Below are positions 1 through 10,256 of a stretch of DNA of 64,000 nucleotides, in pieces. How positions within the stretch are numbered: the stretch's first letter is position 1; the number at the start of each line of letters is the position of its first letter. The DNA comes from an uncultured Prevotellaceae bacterium (GTDB lineage Bacteria > Bacteroidota > Bacteroidia > Bacteroidales > Bacteroidaceae). The DNA lies in contig CADBAP010000009.1 of the NCBI GenBank assembly GCA_902792685.1, positions 7,067-71,066 on the forward strand, read 5' to 3'. The notes below the pieces were generated by a model. That model saw nothing but the letters and a program-made list of their open reading frames with translations, did no database searches and was not told the origin of the DNA. Both the position numbers and the translations under genes were made by a program.

Positions 1-18
1 CTTCTTTGTCACTTTCAT
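1..18 (-). CDS. possible N-terminus (MKVTKK) of a gene running off the left edge
   Basis: ATG at 18-16 on the minus strand, directly downstream of a minus-strand TAATTTTG box (24-31); only 6 codons visible. Confidence 0.3.
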
Positions 19-75
19 GGGTGCAAAATTATAAAATAAATATGAATTGTGATGTGTGGATTATGATTTATTTAC

Positions 76-83
76 TACCTTTG
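76..83 (+). promoter_or_regulatory. Bacteroidetes sigma-A -7 box upstream of phoH
   Basis: TACCTTTG matches TAnnTTTG. Confidence 0.6.
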
Positions 84-112
84 CAAACAAAAATTATAAA
101 AACCAAGGAAAA

Positions 113-1054
113 TTGATAGAGAAACATATTGTTCTTGAAGACATCGATCCCGTTATGCTATATGGAACGGGCAATGGTCATTTGCAAATATTAAAGTCCC
201 TGTTTCCCAAGCTGCGCATTGCCGCCAGAGACAATGTCATTCGTGTGTTGGGCGACGAAGAGGAAATGGCACAGTTTGAGGAAAATGTCGAGACCATGCG
301 GAAGCATGTGTTGAAATACAACAACATCAATGATGAAGATATTCTTGATATTGTCAAAGGACAAAAGACCAAAGCCGATGCAGTGAAAGGCGTCATCGTC
401 TATAGTCTCAGCGGCCGTCCCATCAAAAGCCGTTCCGAAAACCAACAGAAACTCATCGATGCCTACGAGGAAAACGATATGGTGTTTGCCGTCGGTCCTG
501 CTGGAACTGGCAAGACCTATCTGAGTATTGCTTTGGCTGTCAAGGCGTTAAAGGAGAAAACGGCCAAACGTATTATCCTGTCGCGTCCGGCTGTAGAAGC
601 TGGCGAGAAACTGGGATTCCTGCCTGGTGACATGAAGGACAAGATCGACCCATATCTGCAACCTTTGTATGACGCGCTGGAAGATATGCTGCCTGCCGTC
701 AAGCTGCAGGATATGATGGAAAAGCATATCATTCAGATTGCTCCCCTTGCTTTCATGCGCGGGCGAACCCTTTCTGATGCTGTTGTCATCCTTGATGAGG
801 CACAAAACACTACCCCAGCCCAGATCCGGATGTTCCTGACCCGTATGGGATGGAATACCAAAATGATTATTACGGGCGATATGACACAGATTGACCTGCC
901 CAAAACACAACTCAGCGGTTTGAAAGAGGCGCTGCGCGTGCTGACCGGCATTGAGGGAATTGGTGTCGTTGAACTGACCAAGAAGGATATTGTGCGACAC
1001 AAGCTGGTGACAAGAATCGTCAACGCATACGAGGCTGCAGATAAAAAAGAATAA
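113..1054 (+). CDS. phoH: PhoH-family ATPase
   Basis: Walker A GPAGTGKT, RPAVEAGEKLGFLPG, LAFMRGRT and DEAQN motifs; start moved to in-frame TTG at 113, downstream of the promoter. Confidence 0.93.
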   Translation: MIEKHIVLEDIDPVMLYGTGNGHLQILKSLFPKLRIAARDNVIRVLGDEEEMAQFEENVETMRKHVLKYNNINDEDILDIVKGQKTKADAVKGVIVYSLSGRPIKSRSENQQKLIDAYEENDMVFAVGPAGTGKTYLSIALAVKALKEKTAKRIILSRPAVEAGEKLGFLPGDMKDKIDPYLQPLYDALEDMLPAVKLQDMMEKHIIQIAPLAFMRGRTLSDAVVILDEAQNTTPAQIRMFLTRMGWNTKMIITGDMTQIDLPKTQLSGLKEALRVLTGIEGIGVVELTKKDIVRHKLVTRIVNAYEAADKKE

Positions 1055-1103
1055 GTTATCGTACCTTTGCGACTCTGTCGCGATGGTAGGCTGCATCTCA
1101 ACT

Positions 1104-1156
1104 ATAAAAATAAAATAGATTTTATTTTGTATTGTCTTCGATTTGCACTACCTTTG
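1104..1156 (+). promoter_or_regulatory. promoter module (AT palindrome plus -33/-7 boxes) upstream of purC; second copy at 61358-61410 (-)
   Basis: ATAAAAATAAAA-n4-TTTTATTTTGTATT-n15-TACCTTTG. Confidence 0.65.
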
Positions 1157-1186
1157 TACCCAAATTATATATTATAAGGTATAAAG

Positions 1187-2134
1187 ATGAAAGCATTGAC
1201 GGAAACAAACTTCCATTTCGAGGGACAGAAAAGCGTGTATCACGGAAAGGTACGCGACGTGTATAACATCAACGATGACCTGATGGTCATGGTTGCTACA
1301 GACAGAATATCCGCATTCGACGTGATTCTGCCGAAAGGTATTCCATTCAAAGGACAGGTGCTCAACCAGATTGCAGCCAAATTCCTTGATGCTACGGCGG
1401 ATATATGTCCGAACTGGAAGCTGTCAACACCCGACCCGATGGTAACGGTAGGACTGAAATGCGAAGGTTTCCGTGTAGAAATGATTATTCGTGGCATCCT
1501 TACCGGTTCTGCCTGGCGCGACTACAAGAAGGGTGTTCGTGAAATATGCGGTGTAAAACTCCCTGAAGGTATGCGAGAAAACGAACGTTTCCCAGAGCCT
1601 ATCATCACGCCGACAACCAAAGCAGATGAAGGTCATGACCTGAATATCTCCAAGGAAGAGATTATCGCGCAAGGTATTGTCAGTGCAGAAGACTATGCCA
1701 TCATGGAAGACTATACCCGCAAGCTCTTCGCACGTGGTCAGGAGATTGCCGCCAAGCAAGGATTGATTCTTGTAGATACAAAATACGAGTTTGGCAAACG
1801 TGACGGAAAGGTGTATCTCATCGACGAGATACACACACCAGACTCCAGCCGCTACTTCTATGCGGACGGCTATGAGGAGAAATTCGAGAAAGGCGAGCCT
1901 CAGCGTCAGTTGTCCAAGGAGTTTGTGCGCCAATGGCTTATTGAACACAACTTCATGAATGAACCAGGACAGACGATGCCTGAGATTACCGACGAATATG
2001 CAGAGAGTGTGAGTGAACGATATATAGAGCTGTATGAGCACATCACTGGCGAGAAGTTCAACAAGGCAGAAGCAGAAGGCGACATTGCCCAGCGCATTGA
2101 GAAAAACGTCAGCAGCTATCTGAAGAATGGTTAA
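1187..2134 (+). CDS. purC: SAICAR synthetase
   Basis: [22 protein letters not shown] and [10 protein letters not shown] motifs. Confidence 0.97.
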   Translation: MKALTETNFHFEGQKSVYHGKVRDVYNINDDLMVMVATDRISAFDVILPKGIPFKGQVLNQIAAKFLDATADICPNWKLSTPDPMVTVGLKCEGFRVEMIIRGILTGSAWRDYKKGVREICGVKLPEGMRENERFPEPIITPTTKADEGHDLNISKEEIIAQGIVSAEDYAIMEDYTRKLFARGQEIAAKQGLILVDTKYEFGKRDGKVYLIDEIHTPDSSRYFYADGYEEKFEKGEPQRQLSKEFVRQWLIEHNFMNEPGQTMPEITDEYAESVSERYIELYEHITGEKFNKAEAEGDIAQRIEKNVSSYLKNG

Positions 2135-2205
2135 GGGTTAAGGGTTAATGGTTAAAGGTTAAAGGTTAATGGTTAAGGGTTAAAGGTTAATGATTGAGAG
2201 TTGAG
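2129..2205 (+). repeat. heptamer tandem array (GGTTAAN)x9 plus 2 degenerate units
   Basis: units read directly at 2129-2191; first unit contains the purC stop TAA. Confidence 0.95.
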
Positions 2206-2239
2206 AGACTTCAATTATCGTTAACGCTATCATTGAAAT

Positions 2240-2974
2240 ATGTACGAGCAGGAAAAAATCAATCCATACGACCAAGCCGGTGACAAGAAGCAACTGGTGG
2301 CAGCTATGTTTGACCACATTGCACCCACCTATGATACGCTGAATCATCGGATGTCGTGGAACATTGACCGCTATTGGAGGAAGAAATCCATTCAGCAACT
2401 GCTCGACAGCAAACCAGAACGGATACTCGACATTGCAACTGGAACTGGTGACTTCGCGATTCTCGCCGCCAAGATGTTACAGCCAAAGTCTGTCATCGGT
2501 GCCGACATCTCAGAAGGGATGATGAACATCGCCAGACAGAAAGTGGAGAAAGAAGGACTGCAGGACATCATCACCTTTCAGCAGGAAGACTGCAAAACAT
2601 TGTCTTTTGACGATAACAGTTTCGATGCTGTCACAAGTTCTTTCGGCATTCGCAACTTCGCTGACTTGGACAAGAGTCTCACAGAGATCTGTCGTGTACT
2701 GAAACCTGGAGGAAAACTGAGTATTGTGGAACTGTCCCACCCTACCTCATTTCCCTTGAAACAACTGTTCAAGGTGTACTCTCATGTGATGTTGCCCATA
2801 TACGGACAACTGATATCAAAGGAAAAAGGTGCAAACAAATACCTCAGAAAGACGATAGAAGCATTTCCGCAAGGAGAACAGATGACTGCGATTCTGCAGA
2901 AGGCAGGCTTCAACGAGGTTACATTCAAACGAATGACATTTGGCATTTGCACGATGTATATAGCAAGGAAATAA
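2240..2974 (+). CDS. menG: demethylmenaquinone methyltransferase (UbiE/MenG)
   Basis: MFDHIAPTYD.LN, LDIATGTGD, FGIRN and RVLKPGG motifs. Confidence 0.93.
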   Translation: MYEQEKINPYDQAGDKKQLVAAMFDHIAPTYDTLNHRMSWNIDRYWRKKSIQQLLDSKPERILDIATGTGDFAILAAKMLQPKSVIGADISEGMMNIARQKVEKEGLQDIITFQQEDCKTLSFDDNSFDAVTSSFGIRNFADLDKSLTEICRVLKPGGKLSIVELSHPTSFPLKQLFKVYSHVMLPIYGQLISKEKGANKYLRKTIEAFPQGEQMTAILQKAGFNEVTFKRMTFGICTMYIARK

Positions 2975-2996
2975 CGTCAAACGAAATAAAAGCAAC

Positions 2997-3746
2997 ATGG
3001 ACAAGTACGGACTGATTGGTTACCCATTGGGACACTCGTTCTCAATCGGCTACTTCAACGAAAAGTTTCACAACGAGGGTATCAATGCCAAGTATGAGAA
3101 CTTTGAGCTCGCCTCCATTGACGACCTTCCTGAAGTAATCGACTCCAATCCAGAGTTGAAGGGTCTCAATGTGACCATTCCCTACAAAGAGAAAGTGTTG
3201 AACTATCTGACAACTGTCAGCCCTGAGGCGCGCGCCATTGGTGCCGTGAATGTCATCAAGGTCATTCACAAAGGCAATGACGTAGAACTGAAAGGTTATA
3301 ACAGCGATGTTATTGGGTTCACCCAGAGTATTGAACCATTGTTGGAACGTTATCATAAGAAGGCTTTGATTCTGGGAACGGGCGGCGCATCGAAAGCTGT
3401 TGACTATGGTTTGAAATCATTGGGTCTTGAAACGGTGAAGGTAAGTCGCTATGAACGACCCGATACAACCCAATATGACAAGATTACGCCTGAGGTGATA
3501 CAGGAATACAATGTGATTGTCAACTGTACGCCATTGGGGATGTATCCAAAGACCAGCAGCTGTCCTGACCTTCCCTATGAGGCAATGGACAGTCATACGC
3601 TTTTGTATGATTTGATTTACAACCCAGATGAAACAATGTTTATGAAAAAAGGCAAAGCGCAAGGAGCTACCGTAAAGAACGGACTCGAAATGTTACTCCT
3701 GCAGGCTTTTGCCAGCTGGGAGTTCTGGAACGGAAAAGATATTTAA
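2997..3746 (+). CDS. aroE: shikimate dehydrogenase
   Basis: GYPLGHSFS, NVTIPYK, GAVN, GTGGA, NCTPLGM and NGLEML motifs. Confidence 0.95.
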   Translation: MDKYGLIGYPLGHSFSIGYFNEKFHNEGINAKYENFELASIDDLPEVIDSNPELKGLNVTIPYKEKVLNYLTTVSPEARAIGAVNVIKVIHKGNDVELKGYNSDVIGFTQSIEPLLERYHKKALILGTGGASKAVDYGLKSLGLETVKVSRYERPDTTQYDKITPEVIQEYNVIVNCTPLGMYPKTSSCPDLPYEAMDSHTLLYDLIYNPDETMFMKKGKAQGATVKNGLEMLLLQAFASWEFWNGKDI

Positions 3747-3747
3747 T

Positions 3748-5082
3748 ATGGCACAGAGAAAGACTTCAAATACAACTAAACGCATTCAAAAATCTTCAGA
3801 CGGCAGTGCAAAAATAACAAGTAGCGGCTGCTGTTCCGGACAAGGATGTCTATATACAATACTGGCAGTATTCCTGTTGGGTATCGTCTTTGTTGTTGGC
3901 AATGCCCTGAAAGACAAGATTACGCCTACAGAACTGATTCTCTATAGTGTTGTTATACTGGCAATTCTTATTTTATATGGATACAGTATCAACAAGACTC
4001 ACGCTGCAGAACTCGACATCATCAAACAGCAACGCGAAGAACTGAATAAGCTCGCTGAAGAATATAACAACAAAGTCAAGAAGCTACAGAATAGCGGTGT
4101 AAGCAGAATTTCCGGCGAACAGCAATACACATCAATCAAGAGCGACTACGATCTGAACGTACAGGCTATCAAACAACGATGGAAATCCTTCGGACAAAGT
4201 GATTTGTCTGTATCACGCGCTTGGAAGAAAATCTTCATCATTGGCTTTGCAGTCATCGGAATGGCATTTGGCCTTGATATTGGAATGAATACCGACATCA
4301 GCGATTCTGATTCAAAGACGGCGCTGATGGAATCGCGTTCATGGAATGCGGAAAATATTCCCATGCCACACATGCAAAGTCACAGTCTGTATGTATGTAA
4401 TCCTGACAGCATCCTTTCCAAACAAGTTGTTGACAGTATCAACAGGACACTCGGACTGTTGGATGATTCTTTGGGCATTGAGTCCGTGATGGCTATTGTG
4501 GGACATATCGACAACGACGATCCAGTAGCAATGGTGCGTGGCATCTATCAGAAATATAAGGTAGGAAGAAACGACCGCGGACTGGTGATCGTTGTGGGCT
4601 ATCTGGACCACTCCTATTTCATTGCGCCAGGCAGAAGTCTTGAGGCAGACCTCACAGACCTGGAGTGTAATCATTTGGCACAAGACTACCTGATACCCAG
4701 CATGAAAGCAGAGAAACCCGACAGTGGTATGCTCTATCTGGCACGTGGTATATATGCCCTGATGAGTGGCAAAGAGAAACCCAAGATGTCATCGTTTGTT
4801 TCTGGAGGCTCAAACAGTACAGAGGAAGACGAGGATGTTCCCCTTTATATCATTGCCGTGTTAATCGTATTCTGGGGAATCTATTCATACTACATGGGCA
4901 GCAAGGTAGGTACAAGCCTTGGTGTCGCCTCATTGATGGCGAACCCATTCGTCGTTGTAGAAAGCAGTTCCGGCGGTGGTGGTTCATCAGGCTGGGGCGG
5001 AGGTTCGTCAAGCAGCAGCAGTAGCAGCGGAGGTTTCGGCGGCGGCAGCTGGGGCGGAGGCGGCTCTGGCGGAAGATGGTAG
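3748..5082 (+). CDS. TPM-domain membrane protein with extended N-terminal TM/coiled-coil region and Gly/Ser tail
   Basis: VCNPDSILS...GRNDRGLVIVV...LEADLTD TPM-like core, GGGSWGGGGSGGRW tail, adjacent lemA; ATG 3748 follows the aroE stop. Confidence 0.8.
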   Translation: MAQRKTSNTTKRIQKSSDGSAKITSSGCCSGQGCLYTILAVFLLGIVFVVGNALKDKITPTELILYSVVILAILILYGYSINKTHAAELDIIKQQREELNKLAEEYNNKVKKLQNSGVSRISGEQQYTSIKSDYDLNVQAIKQRWKSFGQSDLSVSRAWKKIFIIGFAVIGMAFGLDIGMNTDISDSDSKTALMESRSWNAENIPMPHMQSHSLYVCNPDSILSKQVVDSINRTLGLLDDSLGIESVMAIVGHIDNDDPVAMVRGIYQKYKVGRNDRGLVIVVGYLDHSYFIAPGRSLEADLTDLECNHLAQDYLIPSMKAEKPDSGMLYLARGIYALMSGKEKPKMSSFVSGGSNSTEEDEDVPLYIIAVLIVFWGIYSYYMGSKVGTSLGVASLMANPFVVVESSSGGGGSSGWGGGSSSSSSSSGGFGGGSWGGGGSGGRW

Positions 5083-5086
5083 AGAT

Positions 5087-5135
5087 AAGATGGAAGATGT
5101 AAGAAGTAAGAAGTAAGATGTAAGAAGTAAGAAGT
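5087..5135 (+). repeat. heptamer tandem array (AAGAWGT/G)x7
   Basis: aagatgg aagatgt aagaagt aagaagt aagatgt aagaagt aagaagt. Confidence 0.9.
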
Positions 5136-5165
5136 AACAAAATATAAATTTAAAATTGAAACATT

Positions 5166-5777
5166 ATGGAGAACAATGTAAGTAAAGCAGGTGGCTTTTC
5201 AAAAAGCACCATCATTATTGGAGTTGTTGTTGCAGTACTCGTCATCTGGAGCATCAGTGCCTACAATGGTATGGTTAATGTAGAAGAACAAGCTACAACA
5301 GAATGGGCAAAAGTACAATCAGCTTATCAGCGTCGAGCCGACCTCATTCCGAACTTGGTTGAAGTGGTGAAAGGGTATGCTTCTCACGAGAAAGAAACAC
5401 TTGAAGGAGTGGTTAATGCACGTGCTAAAGCTACCAGTATCCAAGTAAATGCTGACGATCTGACACCTGAGAAACTGGAGCAATTCCAAAAAGCACAGGG
5501 TGAATTGTCACAAGCTCTCGGCAAGTTGCTAGCTGTACAGGAGTCGTATCCAGACTTGAAAGCAAACGAGAACTTCATGGACTTACAGAAACAACTTGAA
5601 GGAACAGAAAACCGCATCAACGAGGCACGCAACAGTTTCAATACTGCCGTACAGAATTACAACATGAAAATACGTCGTTTCCCCAACTCGCTGCTGGCTG
5701 GCATCTTCGGCTTTGACAAGATGGAGAAATTCGAAGCTGATGCGGAGGCACAGAATGCTCCGACTGTCAAATTCTAA
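5166..5777 (+). CDS. lemA: LemA family protein
   Basis: YQRRADLIPNLVEVVKGYA, ESYPDLKANENF and TENRI motifs. Confidence 0.95.
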   Translation: MENNVSKAGGFSKSTIIIGVVVAVLVIWSISAYNGMVNVEEQATTEWAKVQSAYQRRADLIPNLVEVVKGYASHEKETLEGVVNARAKATSIQVNADDLTPEKLEQFQKAQGELSQALGKLLAVQESYPDLKANENFMDLQKQLEGTENRINEARNSFNTAVQNYNMKIRRFPNSLLAGIFGFDKMEKFEADAEAQNAPTVKF

Positions 5778-5820
5778 TTGTCATTTTTGTTGCGATAAAC
5801 TCGCAACACCCTAAAGAGCA

Positions 5821-7011
5821 ATGAATAACAACAGATATATGATGCGTGGCGTTAGTGCCGCCAAAGAAGATGTGCACAACGCCATCAAGAATATTGACAA
5901 AGGTATTTTCCCACAAGCCTTCTGCAAGATTATTCCGGATATCCTTGGAGGAGATCCGGAATACTGTAACATCATGCATGCCGACGGAGCTGGCACGAAA
6001 TCCAGTCTTGCCTATATGTACTGGAAAGAAACGGGCGACCTGAGTGTATGGAAAGGAATTGCACAAGATGCAATTGTGATGAATACAGACGACCTACTAT
6101 GTGTGGGAGCTGTGGATAATATCTTAGTCAGTAGCACCATCGGACGAAACAAGATGCTGATTCCTGGCGAAGTGATTTCTGCGATCATCAACGGAACAGA
6201 CGAATTACTTCAGGAACTCCGCGATATGGGCATTGGCATTTATCCCACTGGCGGTGAAACCGCAGATGTAGGAGACCTTGTTCGCACCATCATTGTTGAT
6301 TCAACAGTAACTTGTCGCATGAAGCGAAGTGATGTGATCAACAATGCGAATATCCGGCCGGGTGATGTAATTGTAGGCTTATCTTCCACAGGACAAGCAA
6401 CCTACGAAAAACAGTATAATGGCGGTATGGGAAGCAATGGCCTTACAAGTGCGCGTCATGATGTCTTCGCCAAGTATCTGGCTGAGAAATATCCGGAAAG
6501 CTTCGACCATGCAGTTCCGAAAGAGCTGGTATATAGTGGGAAATACGCCCTTACCGATACAGTTTCGTATGCTGCAACAGAATCACAACATACGGTGCTT
6601 CCCAATATGGGACAATTGGTTTTGTCGCCCACCCGTACCTATGCACCTGTTATCAAAAAGATTTTGGACGAGTTGAGACCAGAGATTCACGGTATGGTGC
6701 ATTGTACAGGCGGTGCGCAGACAAAAGTATTACATTTCGTCAACGACAACTGCCGCGTCATCAAAGACAATATGTTCCCCGTTCCCCCACTCTTCCAAGC
6801 TATCCACGAGTGTAGCGGAACCGACTGGAAAGAAATGTATCAAGTATTCAATATGGGTCACAGAATGGAAATCTACGTCCATCCGGAAGTAGCTGATCAT
6901 GTGATGGCCATCAGCAAATCGTTCAATATTGATGCACAGGTTGTCGGACATATTGAAGAAGGTACAAAGAGTCTGACCATCCAAAGTGAGTATGGTACAT
7001 TCCAGTACTAA
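5821..7011 (+). CDS. purM: phosphoribosylformylglycinamidine cyclo-ligase (Bacteroidetes-type AIR synthase)
   Basis: HADGAGTK, GGETADVGD, HCTGG and EMYQVFNMG motifs. Confidence 0.9.
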   Translation: MNNNRYMMRGVSAAKEDVHNAIKNIDKGIFPQAFCKIIPDILGGDPEYCNIMHADGAGTKSSLAYMYWKETGDLSVWKGIAQDAIVMNTDDLLCVGAVDNILVSSTIGRNKMLIPGEVISAIINGTDELLQELRDMGIGIYPTGGETADVGDLVRTIIVDSTVTCRMKRSDVINNANIRPGDVIVGLSSTGQATYEKQYNGGMGSNGLTSARHDVFAKYLAEKYPESFDHAVPKELVYSGKYALTDTVSYAATESQHTVLPNMGQLVLSPTRTYAPVIKKILDELRPEIHGMVHCTGGAQTKVLHFVNDNCRVIKDNMFPVPPLFQAIHECSGTDWKEMYQVFNMGHRMEIYVHPEVADHVMAISKSFNIDAQVVGHIEEGTKSLTIQSEYGTFQY

Positions 7012-7040
7012 ATGCCACCATACATATAACATCAAACAGA

Positions 7041-8150
7041 ATGGATAATAACAGTATACTACAGAAATTAGACGGTTTGGAGGCTCGCTTTGAGGAGGTG
7101 TCAACACTGATTACCGACCCAAATGTGATTGCCGACCAAAACCGTTTTGTAAAATTGACAAAGGAATATAAGGATCTGGGCGACATCATGGATGCACGCA
7201 AACGGTATATCGCCTGTCTGAACAGCATCAAAGAAGCCAAAGACATTCTTGCCAATGAGGACGATCCGGAGATGAAAGAGATGGCACGTGAAGAACTCGC
7301 GGTCAATGAAGCCCTTCAGCCAAAACTGGAAGAAGAGATCAAGATTGCCCTTATTCCTAAAGACCCAGAGGACGCTAAAAACGTACAGATGGAAATTCGT
7401 GCTGGAACTGGTGGTGATGAAGCTTGTCTCTTTGCGGGTGACCTATTCCAAATGTACAAACGATTCTGCGACTCAAAGGGGTGGAATCTTTCTATCACCA
7501 GCGCCAGTGAAGGTGCTGTCGGTGGATTCAAGGAAATAGACTTTGCCGTTAGTGGTACGGATGTGTATGGTACATTGAAATACGAATCGGGCGTACACCG
7601 TGTACAACGAGTACCTGTAACAGAATCCAACGGACGCATGCAGACCTCAGCAGCAACAGTTGCTGTTCTTCCTGAAGCTGATAAGTTTGAGGTCAACATC
7701 AACGAAGGTGAAATTAAATGGGACACTTTCCGAAGCAGCGGTGCAGGAGGACAGAACGTCAATAAGGTTGAATCTGGTGTCCGTTTGCGCTATATGTGGA
7801 AGAACCCCAACACAGGCGAAACGGAGGAAATACTCATAGAATGTACGGAAACACGCGATCAGCCCAAGAACAAGGAACGCGCACTCTCGCGTTTGTACAC
7901 CTTTATCTATGATAAAGAACATCAGAAATATGTCGATGATATTGCCAGTCGACGTAAAAGTTTGGTATCTACAGGCGACCGTAGCGCCAAGATCCGCACG
8001 TACAATTTTCCACAAGGACGTGTAACCGACCATCGTATCGGCTATACGACACATGACCTGCAAGGATTCCTTGGTGGCAATATTCAAGATATGATTGATG
8101 CCCTGACCGTTGCGGAGAATGCTGAACGTATGAAAGAAGCAGAGCTATGA
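7041..8150 (+). CDS. prfA: peptide chain release factor 1
   Basis: GGQ motif, PVT anticodon tripeptide (RVPVTES), [15 protein letters not shown]. Confidence 0.97.
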   Translation: MDNNSILQKLDGLEARFEEVSTLITDPNVIADQNRFVKLTKEYKDLGDIMDARKRYIACLNSIKEAKDILANEDDPEMKEMAREELAVNEALQPKLEEEIKIALIPKDPEDAKNVQMEIRAGTGGDEACLFAGDLFQMYKRFCDSKGWNLSITSASEGAVGGFKEIDFAVSGTDVYGTLKYESGVHRVQRVPVTESNGRMQTSAATVAVLPEADKFEVNINEGEIKWDTFRSSGAGGQNVNKVESGVRLRYMWKNPNTGETEEILIECTETRDQPKNKERALSRLYTFIYDKEHQKYVDDIASRRKSLVSTGDRSAKIRTYNFPQGRVTDHRIGYTTHDLQGFLGGNIQDMIDALTVAENAERMKEAEL

Positions 8151-8968
8151 CAAGAAAAGAACTGATTACCCAAATTTTCACAAAGAAATCCTTCCTGTGT
8201 GTCGGTCTGGATACAGACATCAAGAAAATTCCGCAGCATCTTCTTCATGAAGACGATCCTTTGTTTGCTTTCAACAAAGCTATCATCGATGCCACAGCTC
8301 CCTATTGTGTGGCATACAAACCCAATCTCGCCTTTTATGAAGCATTCGGCATCAAGGGTATGATTTCTTTTGAACATACCATCAAGTATTTGAAGAAATA
8401 CTATCCCAGTCATTTTATCATTGCTGATGCCAAACGTGGAGATATCGGAAACACCTCGATGATGTATGCACGGACGTTCTTCGAGGAATACAACGTTGAT
8501 TCCCTGACTGTTGCGCCTTATATGGGCGAAGACTCTGTCACACCATTTCTCGAATATGATGGGAAATGGATAATTCTTCTTGCACTTACCAGCAACAAAG
8601 GGTCCCATGATTTTCAGATGATGGAAGATGCTCAGGGGGAACGACTATTTGAAAAGGTTCTTCGTACATCCCAACAATGGGGCAATGCCGACAATATGAT
8701 GTATGTTGTAGGAGCAACGCAAGGCAAGATGTTTGAAGACATCCGTCGTGTTGCACCCGATCATTTCTTGCTTGTGCCTGGAGTAGGTGCACAAGGAGGT
8801 AGTCTGCAGGAAGTATGCCGATATGGAATGAACAAAGACTGCGGTTTGTTAGTCAACTCCTCACGCGGCATCATCTATGCCAGCCAAACAGAAGATTTTG
8901 CAGAAGCCGCAGCAAATGCTGCAAGAAAACTGCAAAAAGAAATGGAAATTGAATTGTCAAAGCTGTAA
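8147..8968 (+). CDS. pyrF: orotidine-5'-phosphate decarboxylase
   Basis: [25 protein letters not shown] and PGVGAQGG motifs. Confidence 0.96.
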   Translation: MTRKELITQIFTKKSFLCVGLDTDIKKIPQHLLHEDDPLFAFNKAIIDATAPYCVAYKPNLAFYEAFGIKGMISFEHTIKYLKKYYPSHFIIADAKRGDIGNTSMMYARTFFEEYNVDSLTVAPYMGEDSVTPFLEYDGKWIILLALTSNKGSHDFQMMEDAQGERLFEKVLRTSQQWGNADNMMYVVGATQGKMFEDIRRVAPDHFLLVPGVGAQGGSLQEVCRYGMNKDCGLLVNSSRGIIYASQTEDFAEAAANAARKLQKEMEIELSKL

Positions 8969-8989
8969 GAGCATCATTGCTGTTCATAT

Positions 8990-10210
8990 ATGACAGACCA
9001 TAAGACGATCATTGATCCCGTATTCGGTTTTATCAAAATTCCGAGAGGTTTGTTGTTGGACATTGTCAAGCACCCGTTGATGCAACGACTGTCCCGAATC
9101 AAACAACTGGGACTGACTTCTGTTGTCTATCCTGGTGCTCAACATACGCGCTTTCAACACTCGTTAGGTGCTTTTCATCTGATGAGTGAAGCCATTGTCT
9201 CGTTACGCCAGAAAGGTATCTTCATCTTTGATTCCGAAGCCGAAGCTATCCAAGCTGCCATCCTCATGCATGACATCGGGCACGGGCCATTCTCACATGT
9301 TTTGGAGCATACATTGATCAAAGGTATTTCACATGAAGATATCTCCCTGATGATGATGGAACGCATCAATCAGGACATGAATGGAGAATTGAATCTGGCG
9401 ATGAAAATTTTCAAGAACGAATATCCAAAACGTTTTCTGCATCAACTTATTAGCAGTCAGTTGGATATGGACAGACTGGATTACCTGCGTAGGGATTCGT
9501 TCTTTACCGGTGTGACAGAAGGAAACATTGGTAGTGCCCGTATTATTAAGATGCTGAATGTCGTCGACGACAATCTGGTGGTTGAACACAAAGGCATTTA
9601 TTCGCTGGAGAACTATCTTACCACCCGTCGTGTGATGTATTGGCAAGTATATCTCCATAAAACGACTGTTGCCTGCGAGAAAGTACTGGTAAACACATTG
9701 ATGCGAGCCAAGCAATTGGTAAGAAAAGGTCATCCCCTCTTTGCCCCACCCTCCTTGAAGTATTTTCTGGAAAATGATGTTGATGCAAAATGGTTCAATA
9801 TGCATGAGAAAGCTCTCGACAACTATGCGCTACTCGACGATTCAGATGTCTGGAGTTCCCTAAAAGTATGGGCTGACAGCAACGATGCCATTCTTTCCAT
9901 GTTAGCAAAAAATATGTTGAACAGACGTCTTTTTACTGTGGAAGTGCGTGAGGAGGAGCCAACTGCTGATGAAATTAACGAAATAAAGGCAACTTTGGCA
10001 GAAAAGACAGGCATCCCTATTGATGATGCCCACTACCTGATGAGTGTTGATTGCATACAAAAAGACATGTATGATATTACTGATGACCATATCGATGTGT
10101 TATATAAAGATGGGACCATCAAAGACATTGCAGAGGCTTCAGAAATATTAAATGTTGAGCTATTATCTAAAAAAATATGCAAATATTACCTCTCATATCA
10201 ACGTATTTAG
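8990..10210 (+). CDS. HD-domain phosphohydrolase (dNTPase-like)
   Basis: QRLSRIKQLG, HTRFQHSLG, HDIGHGPFSH and DMDRLDYLRRD motifs. Confidence 0.92.
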   Translation: MTDHKTIIDPVFGFIKIPRGLLLDIVKHPLMQRLSRIKQLGLTSVVYPGAQHTRFQHSLGAFHLMSEAIVSLRQKGIFIFDSEAEAIQAAILMHDIGHGPFSHVLEHTLIKGISHEDISLMMMERINQDMNGELNLAMKIFKNEYPKRFLHQLISSQLDMDRLDYLRRDSFFTGVTEGNIGSARIIKMLNVVDDNLVVEHKGIYSLENYLTTRRVMYWQVYLHKTTVACEKVLVNTLMRAKQLVRKGHPLFAPPSLKYFLENDVDAKWFNMHEKALDNYALLDDSDVWSSLKVWADSNDAILSMLAKNMLNRRLFTVEVREEEPTADEINEIKATLAEKTGIPIDDAHYLMSVDCIQKDMYDITDDHIDVLYKDGTIKDIAEASEILNVELLSKKICKYYLSYQRI

Positions 10211-10256
10211 CAAAAAAGTTGTATTTTTGCAAAATAAATACGTTATAACAAGAAAA

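Noticed and set aside
2129..2191. telomere-like TTAAGGG repeats implying a telomerase or reverse-transcriptase system
   Set aside because: No reverse transcriptase is encoded here, and the array is one of many 7-mer arrays with unrelated sequences.
4960..5080. GGC/AGC-rich repeat at the end of the TPM gene
   Set aside because: It encodes the ordinary Gly/Ser tail of TPM-domain proteins.
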